From the NCBI GenBank assembly GCA_046331705.1, contig JAXLQJ010000066.1, forward strand, positions 1 through 39,668: a DNA stretch of 39,668 nt. The letters are read 5' to 3'. The translations under genes and the position numbers were made by a program. How positions within the stretch are numbered: the stretch's first letter is position 1; each line of letters opens with the position of its first letter. The notes under the pieces were generated by a model. That model did not search any database. It worked only from the letters and a program-made list of their open reading frames with translations, and was not told where the DNA came from. This document shows positions 16,623 to 29,749 of the stretch, one piece after another. Source of the stretch: a bacterium (GTDB lineage Bacteria > JADJOY01).

Positions 16623-16837
16623 GTGCGCGCGCCACCACCCTCTGGGCACGGTAGCGCCCGGTGCGGGGAACGCAAGAAGCAAGCCGACGCGGGGTTGGAC
16701 GAGATCGCCGGAATTCCTGGCGTTTGTCGTCGTCGTGGAGGCGCGCGGCGAGCCTTCGTCAGCTTCCCGTCGCGTGGCTGGCGAAGTTCCGACGATCGAG
16801 TGGCGCGCTGCGGGGCGAGCGAGCGTAGAATCCGCGC

Positions 16838-18607
16838 GTGCGGCGCGGCAGCGAGCCCGAAGCGCGAGCGAGGCGCGGTCGAGTCGCGTCGCACCGGCGC
16901 GCGTGGCGGGCGACGACGCTGGCGGCGGCGTGCGCGCTGCTCACCGCGTGCGGCGCGCGCCAGCCGGCCCGACGGGGGGAGACGGCAATGCAACCGAGTC
17001 GATCGGTGGTGCACGCGCGCCACGGCATGGTGGCGGCGGCTCATCCGCTCGCGGTCCAGATCGGCCTCGACGTGCTGAAGCGCGGCGGCAACGCGGTGGA
17101 CGCGGCCATCGCCACCAACGCGGCGCTGGGCTTTCTCGAGCCGGTGTCGTGCGGGCCGGGCGGGGATCTCTTCGCGATCGTCTGGGACGCGCGCTCGCGC
17201 AAGCTCCACGGGCTCAACGGCTCCGGTCGCGCGCCGCGCTCGCTCACTGCCGAGCGGGTGCCGCCGGCGGCGGACGGCACGATCCCGCTCTACTCGCCCT
17301 ACTCGTGGACCGTGCCCGGCGCGGTCGACGGCTGGTTCGAGCTTCACGCCCGGCTGGGACGGTTGCCGATGAGGGAGATCCTGGCGCCGGTGATCGCGCT
17401 CGCCCGCGAGGGCGCGCCGGTGCCCAAGGTGATCGCCGAGAGCTGGCAGCACGCGGAGCCGTTCTTTCGCGACAAGCCGGGCTTCGCGGAGGTGTTCCTG
17501 CCCGGCGGCCGCGCGCCGCGTGAAGGCGAGGTCTTCGCCAATCCGGCGCTGGCGCGCACCTACGAGGCGCTCGCCGCCGGCGGACGCGATGCGTTCTACG
17601 CCGGTTCCATTGCCGACGCGCTGGTCGCGTTCTCGCAGCGAGTGGGGGGATTCTTCGCGAAGGAGGACCTCGCCGCGCACCGCTCGGAATGGGTGGAGCC
17701 GATCTCGACGCGCTATCGCGGAGTGGACGTGTGGGAGCTGCCGCCGAACGGCCAGGGGCTCGCGGCGCTCCAGATGCTCGCCATGCTCGAGCCGCGCGAT
17801 CTGCGCGCGATGGGGCGCGATTCGGCGGCGTTCTGGCACCTCTTGGTCGAGGTCAAGAAGATCGTGTACGAGGACCGCGCGCGCTTCTACGCCGATCCCG
17901 CGTTTGCCTCGGTGCCGGTCGCGGCGCTGCTGAGCGGCGAGTACGCGGCGCGCCGCGCCGCTCTCTTCGATCCCACGCGCGCACAGCCGCGGATCGACGC
18001 CGGCGTGCCGAACCTGGCGCGCGGCGACACCACGTACCTCGCGACCGCCGACGCGGACGGCAACATGGTGTCGCTGATCCAGAGCAACTACACCGGCTTC
18101 GGCTCCGGTTACGTCCTCGCCGAGTGGGGCTTCGGCATCCAGGATCGCGGCGGGCTCTTCAGCCTGGACCCCCGATCCCCGAACCGGCTGGAGCCGGGCA
18201 AGCGCCCGTTTCACACCATCATCCCCGCGTTCGCCACCCGCGACGGGAATCCATGGCTCGCGTTCGGCGTGATGGGCGGCGACATGCAGCCGCAGGGGCA
18301 CGTGCAGGTGCTGGTGAACCTGCTCGATCTCGGCATGGATCTGCAGCAAGCGGGAGATGCGCCGCGCTTCTATCACACGGGCTCCTCCGAGCCGACCGGC
18401 ACGCGCATGACCACCGGCGGGTTGCTGGCGCTCGAGCCGGGCGTTCCCGAAGCGGTGCGCGCCGAGCTCGCGCGCCTCGGCCACGACGTCGTGGACATGC
18501 CGCCGGCGGTGTTCGGCGGCTATCAGGCGATCGCTCGCGATCCCGTGAGCGGCGTGCTCTCGGGCGCGACCGAGTCTCGGAAGGACGGCTGTGCGGCGGG
18601 GTACTGA
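16838..18607 (+). CDS. ggt: Gamma-glutamyltransferase family lipoprotein
   Basis: GGNAVDAAIA, GPGGDLF, TVPGAVDGW, LPPNGQG, DTTY cleavage site, PGKRPFHTIIP, GVMGGDMQPQ, RKDG. Lipobox LTAC. TAGAAT-N6-GTG supports the start. Confidence 0.93.
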   Translation: MRRGSEPEARARRGRVASHRRAWRATTLAAACALLTACGARQPARRGETAMQPSRSVVHARHGMVAAAHPLAVQIGLDVLKRGGNAVDAAIATNAALGFLEPVSCGPGGDLFAIVWDARSRKLHGLNGSGRAPRSLTAERVPPAADGTIPLYSPYSWTVPGAVDGWFELHARLGRLPMREILAPVIALAREGAPVPKVIAESWQHAEPFFRDKPGFAEVFLPGGRAPREGEVFANPALARTYEALAAGGRDAFYAGSIADALVAFSQRVGGFFAKEDLAAHRSEWVEPISTRYRGVDVWELPPNGQGLAALQMLAMLEPRDLRAMGRDSAAFWHLLVEVKKIVYEDRARFYADPAFASVPVAALLSGEYAARRAALFDPTRAQPRIDAGVPNLARGDTTYLATADADGNMVSLIQSNYTGFGSGYVLAEWGFGIQDRGGLFSLDPRSPNRLEPGKRPFHTIIPAFATRDGNPWLAFGVMGGDMQPQGHVQVLVNLLDLGMDLQQAGDAPRFYHTGSSEPTGTRMTTGGLLALEPGVPEAVRAELARLGHDVVDMPPAVFGGYQAIARDPVSGVLSGATESRKDGCAAGY

Positions 18608-18608
18608 G

Positions 18609-20558
18609 GTGCGTGCGCGCCCGCTCGCGGTCGCCACGCGGGTGTTGTCGATCGCGCTCGCCGCGGCGTGCTCGCACGAGTCGAAGCCAGCGCCATCGTT
18701 CACGCGCACCGAGACGCGGGTCGATTGCAGCGAACGCGATCCGCTCAAGCGGCCGTTCTTCGGCGATCTCCACGTGCACACCGCCCGCTCGTGGGACGCG
18801 TACGGGTTCGGCACACGGCTGCTGCCAGCGGACGCCTATCGCTTCGCGCGCGGCGAGGCGGTGGACCTGCCGCCCGTCGACGCGTCCGGCCACGGCACGC
18901 GCCGGGCGCAGCTCGCGCGTCCGCTCGATTTCGCGGCGGTCACCGATCACTCCGAGTTCATCGCCGAGGTGCGCGCGTGCCTCGATCCCGCCTCGGGGGT
19001 CTACGACGTGGAGGCGTGCCAGATCTACCGGGCCGCCACGTTCGCGAGCCAAGCGGTGTTCGGGATCTCGCTGGTGCCACGCGCCCCCCAGCGCTTGCCG
19101 GCGATCTGCGGCTCGCAGGGTGTGGATTGCGCGGCGCTCGCGGGCGACATCTGGACCCAGGTCCGTCAGGAAGCGGAGGACGCGTACGACCGCACCGCCG
19201 CGTGCAAGTTCACGTCGTTCGTCGGCTACGAGTGGACCGGTGCGACCGGCATCGCGAACCTGCACCGCAACGTGATCTTCCGCAACGACGACGTGCCGCG
19301 GGCGCCGATCTCGTACTACGAGCGGTCGAGCCCCGACGGCTTGTGGCGGTCGCTGCGCGAGCAGTGCAACGACGCCGGTGGTCGCTGCGACGTGCTCGCC
19401 ATCCCCCACAACTCGGACCTCTCGAACGGCAACATGTTCGTGCTCGAAACCGACGCGCCTGGGGGAGTGGACGAGCTGCGCGAGCGTGCCCGCCGCCGCG
19501 CCGAGATGGAGCCCTTGCTCGAGATCTTCCAGCACAAGGGCGACAGCGAGTGCAAGAACGGCTTGAGCGGCTTCGTGGGCGCGCCCGACGAGCTCTGCGA
19601 CTTCGAGAAGCTCGAGCCCTTCGAGGGAGTGCCGGATTGCGGCGAGGGCACGGGCTTCGGCGGAGTGATCGGCACCGGGCTCGGTTGTCGCTCGGCGCGC
19701 GACTTCGCCCGCGGGATCTTGTTGCTCGGCATGCAGCAGGAAGCGCGCATCGGCGTGAATCCGTTCCCGCTCGGCTTCATCGCCAGCACGGATACCCACA
19801 ACGCCACACCGGGCAACGTCGACGAAGCGACGTTCCCCGGGCACCAGGGTGCGCAGGACGCCACACCCGAGCAACGCCTTCAGCCGTCACCGATCAACGG
19901 CTCCGTGCTCAACAATCCCGGCGGGCTGGCCGGCGTGTGGGCCGAGGAGAACTCGCGTGACGCGATCTTCTCGTCGCTCCGGCGCCGCGAGACCTTCGGC
20001 ACCAGCGGCCCGCGCATCGTCCCGCGCTTCTTCGGCGGCTGGCACCTCGACGAGTCGGCGTGCGCGGCGCCCGATCTGGTGGCGCGTGGTTACGCGCAGG
20101 GCGTGCCCATGGGTGGTGATCTGCCGCGCCGCCCCGACTCGGCCGCCGCGCCGACGTTCGTGGTGAGCGCGCTGCGCGATCCGGGCGGCGCGCCGCTCGA
20201 ACGGCTGCAGATCGTGAAGGGCTGGCTGGACCTGGACGGGGTCGGGCACTACCGCACCTACGAGGTCGCGGACTCGGGTGCGCTGGGTGCCGGCGTGAAT
20301 CCCGACACCTGCGAGACCTTCGGCAGCGGCGCCGATGCGCTGTGCGGACGCTTCACCGATCCGGACTTCGATCCATCGGCGCGCGCCTACTACTACGCGC
20401 GGGTGATCGAGAATCCGACCTGCCGCTGGAGCACGCGGGAGTGCAACGCGCTCCCCGCCGGGCAACGTCCCGAGGTCTGCAGCGACGAGCAGCACGTGCG
20501 GCGCGTGATCCAGGAGCGCGCGTGGACGTCGGCGATCTGGTACCACCCGAGCCCGTGA
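18609..20558 (+). CDS. DUF3604 (PHP-like metal-dependent hydrolase) lipoprotein
   Basis: FFGDLHVHT..SWDA, PLDFAAVTDHSE, GYEWT, NLHRNVIF, AIPHNS, EIFQHKGDSEC, STDTHN, VIQERAWTSAIWY; lipobox LAAAC. Confidence 0.88.
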   Translation: MRARPLAVATRVLSIALAAACSHESKPAPSFTRTETRVDCSERDPLKRPFFGDLHVHTARSWDAYGFGTRLLPADAYRFARGEAVDLPPVDASGHGTRRAQLARPLDFAAVTDHSEFIAEVRACLDPASGVYDVEACQIYRAATFASQAVFGISLVPRAPQRLPAICGSQGVDCAALAGDIWTQVRQEAEDAYDRTAACKFTSFVGYEWTGATGIANLHRNVIFRNDDVPRAPISYYERSSPDGLWRSLREQCNDAGGRCDVLAIPHNSDLSNGNMFVLETDAPGGVDELRERARRRAEMEPLLEIFQHKGDSECKNGLSGFVGAPDELCDFEKLEPFEGVPDCGEGTGFGGVIGTGLGCRSARDFARGILLLGMQQEARIGVNPFPLGFIASTDTHNATPGNVDEATFPGHQGAQDATPEQRLQPSPINGSVLNNPGGLAGVWAEENSRDAIFSSLRRRETFGTSGPRIVPRFFGGWHLDESACAAPDLVARGYAQGVPMGGDLPRRPDSAAAPTFVVSALRDPGGAPLERLQIVKGWLDLDGVGHYRTYEVADSGALGAGVNPDTCETFGSGADALCGRFTDPDFDPSARAYYYARVIENPTCRWSTRECNALPAGQRPEVCSDEQHVRRVIQERAWTSAIWYHPSP

Positions 20559-20583
20559 GCGCACCGCGCGCCGGCGGCGCCGC

Positions 20584-21285
20584 TCAGCCGGGGCCGTAGG
20601 TGGCGCGCAAGTACCCGACGATGTCGTCCGACTCGAGCATCTCGCGGCCGGTGTTGGGATCGATCAGGTAAGGGACCTGGACCTTGCCGGCCCGTGCGGC
20701 GAGCGCGCCGCGCTTCGGGCTCTCCTTGGGCACGTTGCGGACGAGGTGGATCAAGTCGAGCTCGCTCAGCGCTTCGCGGACCTTCCGGCAATAGGGCGAG
20801 CTTTCCATGTTGTAGAGCTCGAGCGGCTGCGCGGGCGCTGGCTTTCGCCCCTCGACCACGCGCAGGCCGTGCGTGGGTCGCACCGCGCTCGCGAGGTACG
20901 AGAGCAGGTTCCCGAGCAGCGGAATCCGGAAGATCGCGGGCACGCGGCCGTTGCCGTAGGTCGCGTAGAGGTAGCGCACGATGTCGTCGGATTCGTACAT
21001 CTCGCGCCCGCTGGTCGGGTCGACCAGATACGGCACCATCATCTTGCCGCCGCGCGCCTTGAGCTCGGCGCGCCGCGGGCTTCCCTTCGCCACCGGACGA
21101 ACCTCGACGTCGATGTCGAGGTGGGAAAGCGCCTCGCGGGCCTTCCGGCAGTACGGGCACGCCTCGAACTCGTAGAGCACCAACGGCTGCGCGGGCGGCC
21201 GCGCACCCGACGCGCGACGCATGCCGAAACCGAGACGGAAGATGCTCGCGAGATACGAGCGCACGTCGTTCGAGAAGCGAGGCAT
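20584..21285 (-). CDS. Tandem glutaredoxin/GST N-terminal domain protein
   Basis: Two repeats: LYEFEACPYCRKAREAL..GKMMVPYLVDP..MYESDDIVRYL and LYNMESSPYCRKVREAL..GKVQVPYLIDPN..ESDDIVGYL. Confidence 0.9.
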   Translation of the reverse strand: MPRFSNDVRSYLASIFRLGFGMRRASGARPPAQPLVLYEFEACPYCRKAREALSHLDIDVEVRPVAKGSPRRAELKARGGKMMVPYLVDPTSGREMYESDDIVRYLYATYGNGRVPAIFRIPLLGNLLSYLASAVRPTHGLRVVEGRKPAPAQPLELYNMESSPYCRKVREALSELDLIHLVRNVPKESPKRGALAARAGKVQVPYLIDPNTGREMLESDDIVGYLRATYGPG

Positions 21286-21365
21286 GAGCGCACCTGGGCG
21301 GGACGGCGAGGGTAGCAGGTGCCGGCGGCACCGCGTGGTCTTCGTCCCGGTCGACGCCGGGGACG

Positions 21366-22247
21366 TTACGCACGCGCGCGCCGAATCGGGGTCCGCGCGC
21401 TCGGACGATGAGGGTGGGGATTGCGCGCGGGCCTGCCGAAGGCCACGTCGGCCCACAGATCGCACGCGAGGTGGTTGTACTCGATCACCGCGCGCCGCAG
21501 CCGCTCGCCGGGCCAGTCCGCGGGAAGAAGCTCGAGCGGCAGCAGCGGATCGCTCGCGACGAGCCGGAAGGCGCGTGTGCCCACGCGCAAGCTCTCGACC
21601 AGCGCCAGCTCGCGCGACACCAGCGCCAGGCGCGCACGGCTGGTCGCGAGCACGTCGAGCTCGGCCTCGACGAGACGGCGCAGATGGCCCACCTGCCAGA
21701 GCTCCAGCGTGCGTGCCGCGAGCGCGGATCCGTCCTCGGGACGAGCGATCAGCACCTCCGCCGCTCCGCCGGCGGCGGCGAGCCGCGCCGCGATCGGGCG
21801 CAGATCGAGCCGCACGTTCGCGGGTCGCGCCCACGCGGAGGCGTGGATGGGGCGCAGGTGCAGCGCGCGCAGCTCGCGCGCCGTCCGCTCGCGCACCTCG
21901 CGCGAAACGCCCGCGCCGCTCACGAGCAAGAGCTGCCAGCGCCCGTTCCAGTGGCGGCGCTGGTCGAACCACACGCGCTCGCGAATCTCCCGATTGAAGC
22001 GGTCCGCCGCGCGCGTGAAGCCGTACTCCGCGCGGGCGTGACGTCCGCGCACCTCGAGCAAGCCGCGCCTCACCAGCCGCGACAGGCATACCCGCACCGA
22101 CCCTTCGCGGAAGCCGAACCAGCGCCCGGTCTCGATCAGCGCCGAGACCGCGAGCGGTCCGTCGTTGGCGGCCAGCACGTCGACCACGAAACGCTTGAGC
22201 GGGTAATCGTCCGGACGTTCGCGGCGCTCGCCAGTGGCGTTCGGCAT
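21366..22247 (-). CDS. PaaX-family transcriptional regulator
   Basis: GFREGSVRVCLSRLVRRGLL winged helix, WNGRWQL, DPLLPLELLPADWPG C-terminal motif. Confidence 0.88.
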   Translation of the reverse strand: MPNATGERRERPDDYPLKRFVVDVLAANDGPLAVSALIETGRWFGFREGSVRVCLSRLVRRGLLEVRGRHARAEYGFTRAADRFNREIRERVWFDQRRHWNGRWQLLLVSGAGVSREVRERTARELRALHLRPIHASAWARPANVRLDLRPIAARLAAAGGAAEVLIARPEDGSALAARTLELWQVGHLRRLVEAELDVLATSRARLALVSRELALVESLRVGTRAFRLVASDPLLPLELLPADWPGERLRRAVIEYNHLACDLWADVAFGRPARNPHPHRPSARTPIRRARA

Positions 22248-22350
22248 CGGTCCTCCCGGATCGGATTGTTACGAAAATCCGTGCATTGACCGAGCTTCTG
22301 TAACTCGGGCTATGATCGTCTCGAACATCCAACCAGGGAAGGAGAACGTC

Positions 22351-23277
22351 ATGCGTGAGGTGCTTCGCGCGCTTCGAATCGGTGCTCGGGCGCGACGCGT
22401 CGTGGCGGCGGTCGCGGGAGTCTGTGTGCTCGCGGGCGCTTCGCCGGCGCTCGCCAACAACAAGGTGATCCTCTTTGGCGACAGCTGGGGCGCTCTCATG
22501 GGCTCGCCGCTCGCCACTCAGTTCGACGTCAACGGCCACTCGGACTACGACGTCCTCAACCTGTCGATCCCCGGCTCCACCGCGGACTCGTACGCCAACA
22601 ACGTGGCGGGCGTGATGGACATCACGCTCGGGTACATCATCGCGACGCCGGAAGTGCAGTACGTGGTGATCTCGCTGGGCGGCAACGACCTGCACGCGCT
22701 CTACGCGACGCAGGGGCTCAACGCCAACGCGATCATCGAGCAGAGCATCCGCACCATCGTCGACCGCATCAACGCCGCCCGTCCCGGGCTGCAGATCCTG
22801 CTGACCGGCTACGACATCCTGAAGTGGGACAAGTCCACCGAATGCTTGCTGCTCGCCGCGACCGTGTTCCAGAACCAGATCCTGGCGCCGCAGATCAACC
22901 CCATCTATCTCGATCTCGGCAACCACCTGAACGCGGTGTCGGCCAGCTACTCGAACGTGACCTACGTGAACGAGCCGCTCGGCCTGTGGGGCACGGGGCA
23001 GGGCAATCCGGGCATCCCCAACATCCTGGCGTGGAGCCCGTCGAGCTACGTCGCCTCGGACAACCTCGACTGCGTCCACCTCTCCACCAGCGGCTACAAC
23101 CAGTTCACCGCGCAGATCTACGCCAAGTACTTCAAGCCGCGACTGGGCGGTGGCACGCCGTGCGGCGCCATCGTCGCGCCAGCCAGCTCGGCGACGCGCA
23201 CGTTCGCGCTCGCGGCGCCGATCGCCATCCCCATGGTGATGGTGTCGTGGCTGCGCCGCCGCGCGCGCCGGAGCTGA
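22351..23277 (+). CDS. Secreted SGNH/GDSL hydrolase with C-terminal membrane sorting signal
   Basis: AAGGAG SD, signal peptide ending ALA, FGDSW, IPGST, LGGND, DCVHLS..GY. C-terminal Cys, TM segment and RRR cluster. Confidence 0.85.
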   Translation: MREVLRALRIGARARRVVAAVAGVCVLAGASPALANNKVILFGDSWGALMGSPLATQFDVNGHSDYDVLNLSIPGSTADSYANNVAGVMDITLGYIIATPEVQYVVISLGGNDLHALYATQGLNANAIIEQSIRTIVDRINAARPGLQILLTGYDILKWDKSTECLLLAATVFQNQILAPQINPIYLDLGNHLNAVSASYSNVTYVNEPLGLWGTGQGNPGIPNILAWSPSSYVASDNLDCVHLSTSGYNQFTAQIYAKYFKPRLGGGTPCGAIVAPASSATRTFALAAPIAIPMVMVSWLRRRARRS

Positions 23278-23446
23278 GCCGGTCGCGTCGCGACCCTCGC
23301 TGCGTGGGACGTCGGGCCGGCCTCGTCGCGGCCGGCCCGCTGTTTTTTCGGCCGGCGCCGCTTGCGCCGCAATGGTGGTAAGAGGGACGACGATCCCGTC
23401 GCGAGAGCGGTCCGCGCGCGCGTGCGCGGCCCGTGGAGCGTGAGTC

Positions 23447-24580
23447 ATGACGCACGAGTCGTCGGTCGACAGCATCGTCATCGGAGCAGGTGTGATGGGC
23501 TCGGCGATCGCCTTGCGGCTCGCCCAGGCCGGACAGCGGGTGGTCGTCCTCGAACGCGCGGTTCCCGGCGCGGAGGCGTCGAGCGCCGCGGCGGGCATCC
23601 TCGGTCCGCAGGTCGAGGCGGAGGCGGATGGCCCGCTCTTCCGGTTGGCGCTGGCATCGCGTGAGCGCTACCCGGCCTTCAGCGAGGAGCTCCACGCGGC
23701 CACCGGTCACGACCTGGGCTTTCGCCGGGTCGGCGTGGTGCGAGCGATGGCCACGGAAGACGAGCTCGAAGCGTGGCTCGCCGAGCGCGCATGGCAGGGC
23801 GCGGCGGGACTCTCGGTGCGGGTGGTGCGCGGCGCGGAGCTCGCGGAGGTGGAGCCGGCGCTCGGCACCCACCTGCCGGCGGCGGTCCATCTCGCCGACG
23901 AGGCGCAGGTGGATGCGCAGGCGCTGGCGCTCGCGTTGCCCGAGGCGGCGCGCCGTGCAGGCGCGCGCTTCGAGCGCGCCGCGGTGTTGCGGGTCCGTGT
24001 CGAGGGCCGACGCGTGACCGGCGTCGACCTCGACTCCGGCCCACGCCACGCTGCGGCGGTGGTGGTCGCCGCCGGCGCATGGACGGGCCAGGTGGTGGGC
24101 GCGGCGCTTCCTCACGACGCGGTGAGCCCGGTTCGTGGGCAAATGGTGCTGCTCAAGGTCGAAGGGGACGTGGTCGGTCCCCGCACGATCGTCTTCGGCG
24201 CGAGCGGCTACGCGGTGCCGCGCGCGCAGGGCCGCGTGCTGCTCGGTTCCAGCATGGAGCGAGTCGGCTTCGACAAGCGCGTGACCGCGGCCGGCGTGGC
24301 GGGAATCCTCGGTCACGCGCTCGCGATCCTGCCGGGGCTCGGCCGCGCCACGCTCGAATCCACCTGGGCCGGGTTTCGCCCCGCGCCGCGCGACGGGCTG
24401 CCGCTGATCGGCGCCACGCACGTGGACGGGCTGTTCGTCGCGAGCGGTCACCACCGCAACGGCATCCTGCTGACGCCGATCACCGCGGACCTGGTGGCCG
24501 ACGCGGTCTTGGGCCGCGCCAGCGCGCTCGACCCCACCCCGTTCCGTCCGACCCGATTCTCCCTGGACGCCCCCGGGTGA
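23447..24580 (+). CDS. thiO: Glycine oxidase ThiO-like FAD oxidoreductase
   Basis: IVIGAGVMG, ASSAAAGIL, PVRGQM, WAGFRP..DGLPLIG, SGHHRNGILLTPITA. Confidence 0.85.
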   Translation: MTHESSVDSIVIGAGVMGSAIALRLAQAGQRVVVLERAVPGAEASSAAAGILGPQVEAEADGPLFRLALASRERYPAFSEELHAATGHDLGFRRVGVVRAMATEDELEAWLAERAWQGAAGLSVRVVRGAELAEVEPALGTHLPAAVHLADEAQVDAQALALALPEAARRAGARFERAAVLRVRVEGRRVTGVDLDSGPRHAAAVVVAAGAWTGQVVGAALPHDAVSPVRGQMVLLKVEGDVVGPRTIVFGASGYAVPRAQGRVLLGSSMERVGFDKRVTAAGVAGILGHALAILPGLGRATLESTWAGFRPAPRDGLPLIGATHVDGLFVASGHHRNGILLTPITADLVADAVLGRASALDPTPFRPTRFSLDAPG

Positions 24581-24710
24581 ATCCGCGCATTTCCCGCTGC
24601 GCGCGCACCACGCGTTCTTGCGAGCGCTCTCGCCGCTCGACTACTATCGCTCCGCCGCATCGACCGAAAGGCCGCCTCGGTCGCCACCTCGCCCGCCGCG
24701 ACACATCCTC

Positions 24711-26497
24711 ATGACGACCAAGGACCCGGCCTCGGACGCGCGCAAGACCGCTCGTTTCGACGTATCACTGCCGATCCGATTCACCGAGGATGGCGAGAAC
24801 TTCGGCGAGGGCGTCGTCACGTCGCTGAGCTCGATCGGGATGTTCATCCAGACGGAGCGAGTCCCGACGCTCGGCGTCAGCGTGTGGTTCGATCTCGGCT
24901 TCGGTCGCGCGGCGCCGCCGCTGCGCGGCCGCGCCAAGGTCGGCACGCTCAACCGGCGCTTCGGCACCGACGTCGTCACCGGATTCGGCGTCGAGTTCGA
25001 CGAGCCCCGCGAGGACATCAACGACGCGCTCAACCTGCTCGAGCCGAGCTATCCGGGAGCGGTTCGGCTGGACACCCACGGTAGCCTGGTCTGGCCGATC
25101 CTGCCCGATTCCGAGCGCCCCGAGATGGGACACGAGGGCGACGGCTTGCGCATTTGCACGCCCCGCGGGTGGGTAGGCGCGGGAGGCGAGTGCGGCAACG
25201 AAGCGCCAGCGGTGGCGGTGGGTGCCTCGCTCAACCGACCCATCCAGGATTTCCTGGACATGGTCCGGGATCTCAACGCGCAAGTCCTGTCGTGTGAGCA
25301 CGACGCCATCGAGTTCGCGTATCAGGGGCGGCGCTTGGGCCCCAGCGGCGGCATCCCCAAAGGCATCCTGGTCGCCGGATTGATGGCCCTCGATCGCGAG
25401 GAGGACCTGGCGCGAGCCGAAGCGCAGGCGGAGAGCGAGGAGGCCGTCCCCACGGTGGGTGTGAACGGCACCGCCAGCGAGGAAGGCGGCGAGTGGACGC
25501 TCGATCTCACGGACCTGGACGAGATGCCCGCCTCGGCGGAGATCGCGCCGGACGAATCAGCCGAGGCCCGATCGCCGGCGCCGGTCGAGCCCGAGCCTCC
25601 CGTGGAAGCGCCCGCGGAAGAGCCCGCTCGAGCACCGCTCCGGCCGTCGCGCGCGGTCGCCGAGGAGCTGCGCGGCCGAGCGTTGCTGGATCTGCTGGCG
25701 GCGCAGATGCGCATCGTCGACGATCTGGGCTGCGGCGGCTGGCGGCTCGAGCACATGTGGAGCGAGCAGCTCGAGTCGATCGAGGAAGCCCGTGCGCTGC
25801 TCGCCGAGTCGGTGGCGCGCTTGGCGGAGATCGGCGGCGCCCCGGACGCGGGTGAAGGCGAAGCGCCGCGCGAGCCCGGGACGGAGAGCGTCGGCGGCGT
25901 CGCGGCGGTCGAGACCTTCCTCGTGCGCGTGCTGTGGAACGCTCGCGCGCTGACGCCCTCGGACGAGTCCTTTCGGGCGTACGACGAGTTCGTCGAGACG
26001 GAGAAGGGAGCGCGAGCCGAAGCGCGCGCGGAGGCGCGCGCGGCGAAGGAGCCCGGCAAGAAGCGGCTCTTCGAGGCCACCACCACCACCACGGTGCGGG
26101 TGCGCGCCACCACGCCCACGTGGAAGATCGCCGTGGCGGTGGCGCTCGTGGCGGCGGCTGCTGGCGCCGGCTACTGGAGCTTGCGCAAGTCGCAAGTGAT
26201 TCTCGATTCCGCCAAGATCGTCCCGCCCAGCTCGCTCACGGTGGATGCGCTCACGCAAGCGATGGCCGAGGCGCCGAGCGCCGTGGTGATGACCGTCGAG
26301 GCCGTGAGCGTCTCCGGCAACGCCGTGCGGGTGACCGTCCCGTCCGATTGGCAGAACCAGGGCAAGGTCGAGCGGCAGCGCGAGTTCGAGGCGCTGGTCT
26401 CGGTTCTCGCCGACAAGGGTTTCGCGAGCGGTCGCCATCAGCGCGGAGGGTCGAGCGCGCCAAGTGGGCCAACGGGATGGTGAATCTGATCGATTGA
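24711..26497 (+). CDS. PilZ-domain membrane protein; last codons probably frameshifted
   Basis: RKTAR..SLSSIGMFI..GFGVEF N-terminal PilZ-like domain, TM near the C-terminus. The frame ends at 26483 but a protein-like end (VERAKWANGMVNLID) in another frame ends at 26497. Confidence 0.7.
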
Positions 26498-26570
26498 GCG
26501 GTGGCGCGCGCGTCGCCACCGCCGGTTGCGGCGGACGGAGGCTGACGCCTCCCTTCCGAGCCTTCCTAGC

Positions 26571-29420
<2,850 letters not shown>

Positions 29421-29557
29421 GCTCTCGCTCGTCGTTCGCTCGTGCGCAGTGCGCGCCGAGGATAGCACAACGCCGTCGTTCGACCGCGTTGCGAACGAGA
29501 GCGCCCGTGACCCGTCCCAGGCGGGGGCGCGACGCGCCCCAGGGAACCCGCGCCGCG

Positions 29558-29736
29558 CTACTGGGCGCGTTCGACGGTCACGAACGGATCGCCGTCAGCG
29601 TCACGCTCGACGGTCACCGCCCACAGTTGCAGCACACGTCGCAGTCCTGGACGAACGAGCCGGTGGTGGACGGGTCGATCACCAGATCGATGGATTCGCC
29701 GCAATACGGGCACGCCACCGCGACCTCATCGTGCAC
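29558..29736 (-). pseudogene. CPXCG-motif small cysteine-rich protein (one frameshift)
   Basis: VACPYCGE.IDLVID....FVQDCDVCC; a one-base indel restores WAVTVERDADGDPFVTVERAQ-stop; GAGGA SD. Confidence 0.8.
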
Positions 29737-29749
29737 GAACGTCCTCGCG

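Noticed and set aside
22286-22316. MerR-type promoter (19-bp spacer with dyad)
   Set aside because: No MerR gene nearby and the dyad is only 5 bp; kept only as part of the PaaX observation.
20584-23598. 1004-aa minus-strand ORF
   Set aside because: Only the last 233 aa (tandem glutaredoxin) are protein-like; the rest overlaps paaX out of frame and runs antisense to the SGNH gene.
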